Source: an uncultured Gammaproteobacteria bacterium
GTDB lineage: Bacteria; Patescibacteriota; Microgenomatia; UBA1406; HO2-37-13b
Assembly: GCA_964373465.1 (NCBI GenBank)
Contig: CAYJVA010000001.1
Coordinates: 1 to 28,916, forward strand
Direction: 5' to 3'
Length of the DNA stretch: 28,916 bases
The notes beneath the pieces are model-generated. The model had not been told where the DNA came from. It ran no database searches and worked only from the letters and a program-made list of their open reading frames with translations. This document shows, one piece after another, positions 19,072 to 25,924 of the stretch (position 1 is the first letter of the stretch; every line of letters starts with the position of its first letter). A program made the translations under genes and the position numbers.

Positions 19072-20129
19072 TTCTTGCGATTGATACCTCATGCGATGAG
19101 ACCTCAGTGGCTCTCACTGAGGGAAGAAAGATTATTGCCAATTCAATCTTCTCACAAGTTTTAATTCATTCGCCATGGGGTGGAGTAGTACCTCATCTGG
19201 CAAAACGCGCTCATGAAGAGAGGATTGATTGGGTGATTGAAAACGCGCTCAAGAAGTCTAAAGTCTCCCGCATGACGGGATCCCGCTCTGCGGGAAAAAG
19301 TCTAAAGTCTAAAGTCATAGAGTATATAGCAGTGACGTATGGGCCTGGGCTTGCGCCAGCGCTTGAAGTAGGAGTAAACAAGGCTAGGGAATTAGCAGAG
19401 AAATATGATAAAAGAATTATTCCTGTCAATCATATGGAAGGACATATTTATTCTTGTTTTGCGCAAAATAGTAAGGGTAACCCGCACAGGGATTTTGATT
19501 TTCCTTATATCGCACTTCTCATATCTGGTGGACACACACAGTTGGTTTTATTTACTTCACATCTTACCTATCAAATAATTGGGGAGACTGTTGATGACGC
19601 GGCAGGTGAGTCTCTTGACAAAGCGGCAAAAATGTTGGGACTGGGATATCCGGGAGGTGCGGTGATTGAACGGTTGGCTCAAAGGGGGGATCCGCGCTAC
19701 CATCAGTTTCCGCGACCACTCTCTCTATCAAAAGATTTTAATTTTTCATTTTCTGGTTTGAAGACTTCATTGTTTTATTATCTTAAAACAATAAGCGAAG
19801 ATGAAAAAAACACTCATCTTGCAGATCTTGCCAGCTCGTTTCAAGAAGCAGTATGTGATAGTCTTTTGGTCAAACTTAAAAATGCAATCCAACGCACTGG
19901 TGTTAATCGTATTTTGGTTGGAGGCGGTGTGGGCGCAAATATATATCTCAGGAAAAAAATAAGAAGTGTGGTTAAAAATATGCGAGGGCATGTATTTTTT
20001 CCACCATTTCCATATCTTTATGGTGATAATGCAGGGATGATTGGAATTGCAGGTTATTTTAAGGCGCAGCGGGGGGTTTTTGTTGAAGATAGAGAAAGTT
20101 TTGATCGAGTTCCTCGATTATCTTTTTGA
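19065..20129 (+). CDS. tsaD: tRNA N6-adenosine threonylcarbamoyltransferase TsaD, with an in-frame repeat insertion
   Basis: ILAIDTSCDET, GGVVP, YGPGL, HMEGH, SGGHT, DDAAGE, FSFSGLKT, DNAGMIG. Confidence 0.97.
   Translation: MLILAIDTSCDETSVALTEGRKIIANSIFSQVLIHSPWGGVVPHLAKRAHEERIDWVIENALKKSKVSRMTGSRSAGKSLKSKVIEYIAVTYGPGLAPALEVGVNKARELAEKYDKRIIPVNHMEGHIYSCFAQNSKGNPHRDFDFPYIALLISGGHTQLVLFTSHLTYQIIGETVDDAAGESLDKAAKMLGLGYPGGAVIERLAQRGDPRYHQFPRPLSLSKDFNFSFSGLKTSLFYYLKTISEDEKNTHLADLASSFQEAVCDSLLVKLKNAIQRTGVNRILVGGGVGANIYLRKKIRSVVKNMRGHVFFPPFPYLYGDNAGMIGIAGYFKAQRGVFVEDRESFDRVPRLSF
19254..19317 (+). repeat. Two tandem 15-nt palindromes embedded in an AAAGTCT 7-mer array inside tsaD
   Basis: AAGTCT AAAGTC, then TCCCG-CATGA-CGGGA and TCCCGC-TCT-GCGGGA (19266-19295, 10 codons, SRMTGSRSAG), then A AAAGTCT AAAGTCT AAAGTCA. 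Confidence 0.9.
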
Positions 20130-20140
20130 AGCTTACTTTG

Positions 20141-20235
20141 TATACCGCTTTCAGATGAAATTGCAAGAATATGTTTCATTTTACAGCGGTATAACCCTTC
20201 GTACGTCCCGCCATGGCGGGACTACGATGGGTATA
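20141..20235 (+). mobile_element. TATA-bounded two-hairpin miniature element, copy A (95 nt)
   Basis: TATACCGCT...AGCGGTATA hairpin followed by TATAACCC-TTCGTAC-GTCCCGCCATGGCGGGAC-TACGATGGGTATA; homologous to copies B and C. Confidence 0.8.
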
Positions 20236-20289
20236 AAATACTCTTGCAAAAGAATATATAATCGTAATAATCGTATATTCTCATAGAAA

Positions 20290-20514
20290 ATGAATAGTTT
20301 ACCTAAGAAAATCGCAATCATTGATGATGATAGGATTACACAGAAGCTATATCATGATATTTTGATCAAAGAGGGCTATATGGTGGTTCAAGCTTTTAAT
20401 CGTCAAGAGGGTCTCAACCTGATCAAATTTTCCCATACGGATTTAATAGTGTGGGGTATGAGTTCAGTTAATTTGAAGTTTTTAATGCTTCCTCTTTTAA
20501 TGCTTCCTCTATGA
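20290..20514 (+). pseudogene. Truncated response-regulator receiver (REC) domain
   Basis: KIAIIDDD...EGYMVVQAFNRQEGL...DLIV; similarity stops just before the expected phospho-acceptor Asp, and the tail is antisense to the dsbA-like gene. Confidence 0.7.
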
Positions 20515-21118
20515 TTTTTTTGAATGTCTCAAAGTTTTGAGGATTATCAAGTTTCTGGCCATTGAGGAAAAAAAAAGGAGTTGAGTTGACGCCAGCCTTT
20601 TGACCGTTTGATAGATCAGTATCAATTTTTTCTTTGATTGTTTTTGATTCCATATCTTTTTTGAATTGTTCTTCATCCAATTTTAATTCTTTCGCATAAG
20701 AAAGAAATAATTCATCGGCGTTTGATTTATTAGACCAATTATCTTGATTTTTGAAAAGAAGATCATGCATTTCCCAGAATTTTCCTTGATTTCCTGCAGA
20801 TTCTGCAGAATACGCGGCTTTTTGAGCGTTTTGATGTTGAGGAAGGGGAAAATGTCGATAGACAAATGCGATTTTATCTTTGAACTCGTCTGCAATTTGT
20901 TTCGCTATGGGAGAGTATGCTTTGCATGCAGGACATTGAAAATCACTGTATTCAATCAATTGAATTTTTGACTCTTTATTTCCTTACATCCTGTCATTTT
21001 TAGTGAGGGTAAAATCAATAGGTTTTGTTTCCAGTGGCTTTGACGTCAACTTCCACACTCCAAAAAGCCCTCCTACTAATATAATTGTTAGTGCGAGATA
21101 ATACCCTATTTTTTTCAT
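20468..21118 (-). pseudogene. DsbA-family thioredoxin with N-terminal membrane anchor, interrupted by an in-frame TAA at codon 45
   Basis: ATG 21118 gives MKKIGYYLALTIILVGGLFGVWKL...KNDRM*GNKESKIQLIEYSDFQCPAC. TAA at 20986-20984. CPAC, YRHFPL and GVNSTP motifs are intact. Confidence 0.85.
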
Positions 21119-21121
21119 ATT

Positions 21122-21315
21122 TTATTTATTCTCTTTCTCAAAAATAAATAATGTACAAATAAAACCATTATCGTTTAAATTTTCTTTACGGATGAGCGCA
21201 AAATGATTGTTTTTGAATAAGTCAAGATAATATGCTTTTTCTCTATTATAATCTACCACTTTTCCAATTTGAGGTATATCGCTGTAATGTAATATTTCTT
21301 TGAACTTTTTGTCGT
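21122..21315 (-). pseudogene. 3' remnant (about 64 codons) of an unidentified gene, fused in frame behind miniature element B
   Basis: Open frame NDKKFKEILH...FEKENK* whose stop lies 3 nt before the dsbA-like ATG; begins exactly at the element end. Confidence 0.45.
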
Positions 21316-21440
21316 TATACCCATCGTAGTCCCGCCATGGCGGGACGTACGGAGGGTTATGCCGCTGATCATCGCATACGAGATCCCGCTTTGCGGGAAA
21401 GATGAGACGATTTGTTGCAATCTCATCTGAAAGCGGTATA
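21316..21440 (-). mobile_element. TATA-bounded two-hairpin miniature element, copy B (125 nt), inverted relative to A and C
   Basis: Reverse complement aligns to copy A end to end, plus a 30-nt extra (21369-21398) containing TCCCGC-TTT-GCGGGA. Confidence 0.8.
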
Positions 21441-21730
21441 TCCAGTCGGTGAGTCTTTACATCAACTATATAATAAAATCCATCTTTATCGGTAAAAGCT
21501 AAATCAGCCATTGCTCGTCGAGCAAAAGTAGAGGAATATTCACTGGCAAGATTACCGAGTATTGTTTTGAAATTTTCGACTATTATATTTTCAATAGCAT
21601 CGCCAACAGCGCGAGGACTTTCAATTGTTCTATCAGATAAGAAATCTTCTTGTTTATTGAGAAGTGACTGAATTTTTCTTTCAATCATTTCTCTGTTTGT
21701 ATTTCCGTAGAAAATTGAACTCTTTTTCAT
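21440..21730 (-). pseudogene. N-terminal 97 codons of a putative type II PD-(D/E)xK restriction endonuclease, cut off by element B
   Basis: SPRAVGDAIE...RRAMADLAF...IVDVKTHRLD (D...DxK-like core); 4-bp overlap with the upstream methyltransferase; sequence switches to element B at codon 98. Confidence 0.7.
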
Positions 21731-22740
21731 ATAAGTTGGTTGTTAAATAAGTTTGCTGTTAATTCAATTTTATTTTTCTTGTTATTTCCGTTTGACTGTC
21801 CATTCAAAGTATTTCTTTCCCAAAAAACACCGTCTGAGTATCCTTGAATTGTATTATCGTATTGTGCGTTTTCTAATCGTTTCTCTGCCAAACAACAGTA
21901 TAGTTTGTCAATTTCTATCCCCACATATCTCCGTCCTAATTTTCGTGCGACAACGGAAGTAGTGCCTGATCCCAAAAATGGATCAAAAACTACATCATTT
22001 GGTTTTGAACTTGCTAAAATTATTTTTGAAACGAGTTTTTCCGGTTTTTGAGTCGGGTGGTCAGTATTTTCCGACATAGACCAAAATGGAATTGTAATAT
22101 CCGTCCAAATGTTAGATGGGTGAGTAATCCTATATTTTTCTCCTTCGTTGTCTTCCCAATCTTTTGGTTTTCCTTCTTCGTCTTTGTAAGGTGCTATCAC
22201 CTTACGTTTTATTTTAACTGCATCAACATCAAAATGATAATCGTCCGATAAAGTGCAGAACCATATATCCTCGGAACAATTTTTCCAGTTTGATTTTGCG
22301 CCGCGTCCCTTTTCTCGTTCAAAAGTAATGCGATTTTTAATTTGAAAATACTTTTTTGTAACATTAAAGATAGCTCCTGATGATTTCCAGTCGCCACAAA
22401 TATAAAATGAGGCATTTGGTTTTAATAGGCGGATTATTTTTTGAACCCAGGAATTTAACCATTCTTCATATTTTTTTGACTCCATTGCCTTAAATGAAGT
22501 AAGATTAAACGTCTTGCTTAAATTGTAAGGTGGGTCAACAAAAACAAGATCAACAAATTTATCAGGTAAATACTCTAATGCTTCAAAAATATCCTGATGT
22601 AATGTTTTATTTTCAATTTTATCAAAAGATACGGGTTCTTTCAGTTTAATCAAATGTTTTTGCAGTCGAGAGATATCCTCATCATTCAAATTTATAGTGC
22701 GATTTCGTGGAGATCTTTTTTGGTTTATTTCTTTTTTCAT
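21727..22740 (-). CDS. Site-specific DNA methyltransferase, N4/N6 beta class
   Basis: DPPY precedes HPTQKP and DPFLGSGTT (motif order IV then I). Confidence 0.93.
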   Translation of the reverse strand: MKKEINQKRSPRNRTINLNDEDISRLQKHLIKLKEPVSFDKIENKTLHQDIFEALEYLPDKFVDLVFVDPPYNLSKTFNLTSFKAMESKKYEEWLNSWVQKIIRLLKPNASFYICGDWKSSGAIFNVTKKYFQIKNRITFEREKGRGAKSNWKNCSEDIWFCTLSDDYHFDVDAVKIKRKVIAPYKDEEGKPKDWEDNEGEKYRITHPSNIWTDITIPFWSMSENTDHPTQKPEKLVSKIILASSKPNDVVFDPFLGSGTTSVVARKLGRRYVGIEIDKLYCCLAEKRLENAQYDNTIQGYSDGVFWERNTLNGQSNGNNKKNKIELTANLFNNQLI

Positions 22741-22784
22741 ATGATTTCAAAATTATAACTGATATTTTTATAGTTATCCTTTTG

Positions 22785-22856
22785 TGCCAACGAGAGGACT
22801 CGAACCTCTGACCGACCGCTTATGAAACGGTTGCTCTACCCCTGAGCTACGCTGGC
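22785..22856 (-). tRNA. tRNA with CAT anticodon, non-initiator (elongator Met or Ile2)
   Basis: Acceptor GCCAGCG/CGTTGGC, D arm GCTC/GAGC, anticodon arm ACCGT-TTCATAA-GCGGT, T arm AGAGG-TTCGAGT-CCTCT. 1:72 is paired and there is no GGG/CCC anticodon stem. Confidence 0.92.
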
Positions 22857-22896
22857 AATGATAATCTTCCGAAGGATAACTGCCACCTATTTTTAT

Positions 22897-23040
22897 TATA
22901 CCCCTTTCAGATGAAATCCGATTTAATCGGATTGAAATTGCAAAAAGATAAATCATCTTACAGCGGTATAACCTCTCATACGTTGAAATTGCTTTTACCT
23001 CCGAATCGGAGGTTTTGCAATTTCAACTACGATAAGTATA
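22897..23040 (+). mobile_element. TATA-bounded two-hairpin miniature element, copy C (144 nt), with nested hairpins
   Basis: TATACCCCTTTCAGATGAAA...AGCGGTATA-ACC...CTACGATAAGTATA. Inserts: TCCGAT-TTA-ATCGGA (22917-22931) and GTTGAAATTGC...GCAATTTCAAC (22982-23027). Confidence 0.8.
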
Positions 23041-23088
23041 CATATAATACCATATAAAAGTTTTTCAAAGCACATATAAAAATTCCTC

Positions 23089-23123
23089 TTGACAAATTAG
23101 CAGACTATATGATATTCTGCTAA
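23089..23123 (+). promoter_or_regulatory. hsp20 promoter overlapped by a CIRCE-like (HrcA) operator
   Basis: TTGACA (23089-23094), N18, extended TGA-TATTCT. TTAGCAGAC-N9-TTCTGCTAA (23097-23123) resembles CIRCE TTAGCACTC-N9-GAGTGCTAA. AGGAGGTG SD at 23161. Confidence 0.7.
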
Positions 23124-23175
23124 TAACAGTTTTTTATAATATTTTTATCACACGTTAGAAAGGAGGTGAAAAAAT

Positions 23176-23601
23176 ATGGCGATAATAAGACTTGATCCAT
23201 TCAGTCCATTCAGATCATTTTTCAGACCAGTATCATGGGACAATGAACAAGACTGGCCTGAAGTAAGCATGACTGAAGGTTTGGATGTCTATGAAGAAGG
23301 TGATTCTATAGTTGCCAAAGCCGCAGTGCCAGGTATTCCCGCTGATAAGGTTGAGGTGACTTATGAAGATGGAGTGCTTCGTATTAAGGCGCGATATGAA
23401 GAATCAGAAGAAGAAAAGAAAAAGAAAAAAGTCGTGTACCGACGTGAGAAAGTCTCCTCATTTAATTACACGACAGTACTTCCAAGAGCAATTGATGAAA
23501 AAAGCATTGAGGCGGAAGTATCAGAAGGTGTTGTGACTATAAGGGCTCATATCGCAGAACAAGCAAAGCCAAAGAAGATAGAAGTAAAATCTCGAAAGTA
23601 A
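23176..23601 (+). CDS. Hsp20/alpha-crystallin small heat-shock protein
   Basis: LDVYEE...AAVPG...GVLRI...LPRAIDEKSIEAEVSEGVVTI...KPKKIEV. Confidence 0.93.
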   Translation: MAIIRLDPFSPFRSFFRPVSWDNEQDWPEVSMTEGLDVYEEGDSIVAKAAVPGIPADKVEVTYEDGVLRIKARYEESEEEKKKKKVVYRREKVSSFNYTTVLPRAIDEKSIEAEVSEGVVTIRAHIAEQAKPKKIEVKSRK

Positions 23602-23635
23602 ATATATCCCTCGTCAATGAGAATGTGTACATTTC

Positions 23636-23674
23636 ACACCTCGGGGGAGTTCGTTCCGATCACCCCCGAGGTGT
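23636..23674. repeat. REP doublet forming a 12-bp stem between hsp20 and radA
   Basis: ACACCTCGGGGG-N15-CCCCCGAGGTGT; shares ACACCTCGG with the RAYT ends; units are 24 nt apart. Confidence 0.8.
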
Positions 23675-23681
23675 CCGGCGT

Positions 23682-23711
23682 TTGCATTTTCATGTAATAA
23701 AGTTATACAAT
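23682..23711 (+). promoter_or_regulatory. Sigma70-like promoter for radA, probably leaderless
   Basis: TTGCAT-N18-TACAAT, 8 nt before ATG 23720. Confidence 0.5.
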
Positions 23712-23719
23712 GAGTTACT

Positions 23720-25012
23720 ATGTCTTTATTTACCTGTTCTTCGTGTGGATACGGATCGGCTTCATGGTATGGAAAATGTCCTTTTTGTAATGAATGGAAT
23801 ACGATGATACAAGAGACCCCACAAACAGGAGAAGAATCTACTCAGCCTGCGATTTTTACTCCGCTTGATAGTCTTTCATCCCTTGAACTGAATAGAAAAA
23901 AAACTGGCGTATTTGAATTTGATAGAGTATTGGGTGGAGGAATAGTGCGGGGATCAGTGATTTTACTTGCAGGAGAACCTGGAGTAGGGAAGTCAACACT
24001 CCTTTTGAAATCGCTTCAGAATCTGCGGACTATGTATATCTCTGGAGAGGAGTCTGGAGCTCAGATTAAGGAAAGGTCCAGGCGTACTCGCCTGACCCAT
24101 TCTTCATTTCATTTTTCTGATCAAGTACAAGTTGAAGGTATCATAAAAGGTCTTTTGGTAAAAATAAAGGAATTTGATGTGGTAGTCGTTGATTCAATCC
24201 AAACCGTATATTCAAAATCAGCTGGAGCACTGATTGGAAGTGTGGTACAAATTAAAGTGGTGACGGCTCAGTTTATTGAGTTTGCAAAAAAAAATCATAA
24301 GGCAGTTATTCTCATAGGGCATATTACAAAAGATGGTGATATCGCAGGCCCCAAAACACTTGAGCATTTGGTTGACTGTGTATTGTATTTTGAAGGCGAT
24401 CGTATGTCTCAATATCGTATATTGCGCGCGCATAAAAATCGCTTTGGATCAACAGATGAGGTCGGGATTTTTGAGATGAAAGAGGAGGGTTTGTGTGAAG
24501 CAAACAATGCGACTGTATTTCTTGATCAGGATCATAAAAACGTACCCGGGAAAGCAATCGTTGGAGTAATGGAGGGAACGCGTCCACTTTTTTTTGAAAT
24601 TGAGAGCTTGGTCGTTGAAAGTGTTTTGAGTATTCCCCGTCGTGTTGCTTCGGGTATAGACTATAATAAACTTTTGTTACTCTTGGCAGTAATACGGAAA
24701 AATTTGTCACTATCTCTTGATCATTTTGATATTTATGTAAATATTGTTGGAGGAGTTGCGATCAAATCTACTGCGGCAGATTGTGGTATTGTTGCATCTA
24801 TCATCTCATCAATTCAAAACATACTAGCACCTCAGAAATCTCTTTTCATAGGAGAGATAGGGCTTTTAGGAGAAATAAGGAAAGTCATGAGAGAAGATAA
24901 AATCATTAAAGAAGCACGCCGTTTTGGTTTTTCATCAATTTATTCTTCAAAAAATGTCAGTTCGGTAAAAGAGCTTTCATTATTGTTACGAGGTAAAAAA
25001 AATGAGGACTAA
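23720..25012 (+). CDS. radA: DNA repair protein RadA/Sms
   Basis: C4 zinc finger CSSC...CPFCNEWNT, GEPGVGKST, SGEES, VVDSIQT, KNRFG, C-terminal Lon-like domain. Confidence 0.97.
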   Translation: MSLFTCSSCGYGSASWYGKCPFCNEWNTMIQETPQTGEESTQPAIFTPLDSLSSLELNRKKTGVFEFDRVLGGGIVRGSVILLAGEPGVGKSTLLLKSLQNLRTMYISGEESGAQIKERSRRTRLTHSSFHFSDQVQVEGIIKGLLVKIKEFDVVVVDSIQTVYSKSAGALIGSVVQIKVVTAQFIEFAKKNHKAVILIGHITKDGDIAGPKTLEHLVDCVLYFEGDRMSQYRILRAHKNRFGSTDEVGIFEMKEEGLCEANNATVFLDQDHKNVPGKAIVGVMEGTRPLFFEIESLVVESVLSIPRRVASGIDYNKLLLLLAVIRKNLSLSLDHFDIYVNIVGGVAIKSTAADCGIVASIISSIQNILAPQKSLFIGEIGLLGEIRKVMREDKIIKEARRFGFSSIYSSKNVSSVKELSLLLRGKKNED

Positions 25013-25914
25013 GGATGAGGATGTTTATTTTCTTTATGATATGCTTCGTATATGCCTGCGACTAAAAATGCTCCATATACTATTGAGATAAGCCATATCA
25101 GCATCCCAAATGGTGATACAAAAAACCCTCCTTTTTCAAATGAAAAACGTATTTTAGACGTAATCACTAAATATTCAAAAATAAGCGGTATGGTACTGGC
25201 GTGAAAAGAGATCTGTACTATTTTTTTATAATGCACGTGGATATTTTTGAGAACAAAGCGCATAATAAAAAAAAGCACGAAAGAGAAAAGTAAAAGATAT
25301 ATTATTTTTAATATGATAAATGAGAAAAGCAGTAGTATATTTATACCAATATATCCAGCTACTATAATTACAGTGAGACGGATAGCAAATGTATCAAAAA
25401 GTATATTCTGCATATTTGTTACTCTGTTTTTGGTGATAAGATATTCATTGTGTGGAGGAAAAGGGTAGGATAAGATACGTCCGGTTCTTGGGTTTCTGAG
25501 TGTAACAGCATTATCATGAAGAAGCGCGAGCGACCTATACTCATTGATTTTCTCAGGTTGGGCAAACGAATCAATTGCAAGAACAGGAGTAGGGAATTTT
25601 TTTAAATCAAACCACATGATATAAGGGTGATCATAGTTCGTAGTTAACTGGCTATTTTTAATTCTAATAACTAAATCAGATGGATAAGAGTTGAGCATTT
25701 CAAAGAGATTTCTATTCAATTGAGAAAATGATTGATCTACAAAAGAAAATTTAATAAAAAAAATAGTAGCAAAAAGAATATGAAGAATTACTATTAAGGT
25801 GATTATATATTTGCATGAAAAAGCAAAACGGGTTTTGAGTATTTTTTTATAATACCCTGCTAAGGGGAAAAGAGAATTGGTAAATATATATAAGAACGTC
25901 TTGACTTTTCTCAT
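25009..25914 (-). CDS. Integral membrane protein, DUF1189-like
   Basis: N-terminal TM, extracytoplasmic loop, several C-terminal TMs, YKKIVQISFHAST. Family assignment is by recollection only. Confidence 0.6.
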   Translation of the reverse strand: MRKVKTFLYIFTNSLFPLAGYYKKILKTRFAFSCKYIITLIVILHILFATIFFIKFSFVDQSFSQLNRNLFEMLNSYPSDLVIRIKNSQLTTNYDHPYIMWFDLKKFPTPVLAIDSFAQPEKINEYRSLALLHDNAVTLRNPRTGRILSYPFPPHNEYLITKNRVTNMQNILFDTFAIRLTVIIVAGYIGINILLLFSFIILKIIYLLLFSFVLFFIMRFVLKNIHVHYKKIVQISFHASTIPLIFEYLVITSKIRFSFEKGGFFVSPFGMLIWLISIVYGAFLVAGIYEAYHKENKHPHP

Positions 25915-25924
25915 ATCTCATTTT

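Noticed and set aside
20041-20286. 81-aa plus-strand ORF, and likewise the 60-aa ORFs at 22774..22956 and 23625..23807
   Set aside because: They are made of tsaD overlap, MITE, tRNA or REP sequence, with no protein-family features.
20450-20460. GGGGTATG at the REC truncation point as a fourth MITE end
   Set aside because: Only a 6-7-nt match to GGGTATA, with no other element sequence adjacent.
20141-22856. Integrase-type genomic island anchored at the tRNA(CAT) 3' end
   Set aside because: The R-M genes do start 45 bp downstream of the tRNA, but I found no integrase and no duplicated tRNA 3' end (att site) in the window.
22785-22856. Assigning the CAT tRNA specifically to Met or Ile2
   Set aside because: Initiator features are absent, but elongator Met versus lysidine-modified Ile2 cannot be settled by eye; it needs tRNAscan-SE isotype models.
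2784-23674. CRISPR array suggested by repeat-spacer-repeat REP doublets and MITE copies
   Set aside because: Only two units per site, 11-12-nt spacers, dispersed copies and no cas genes.
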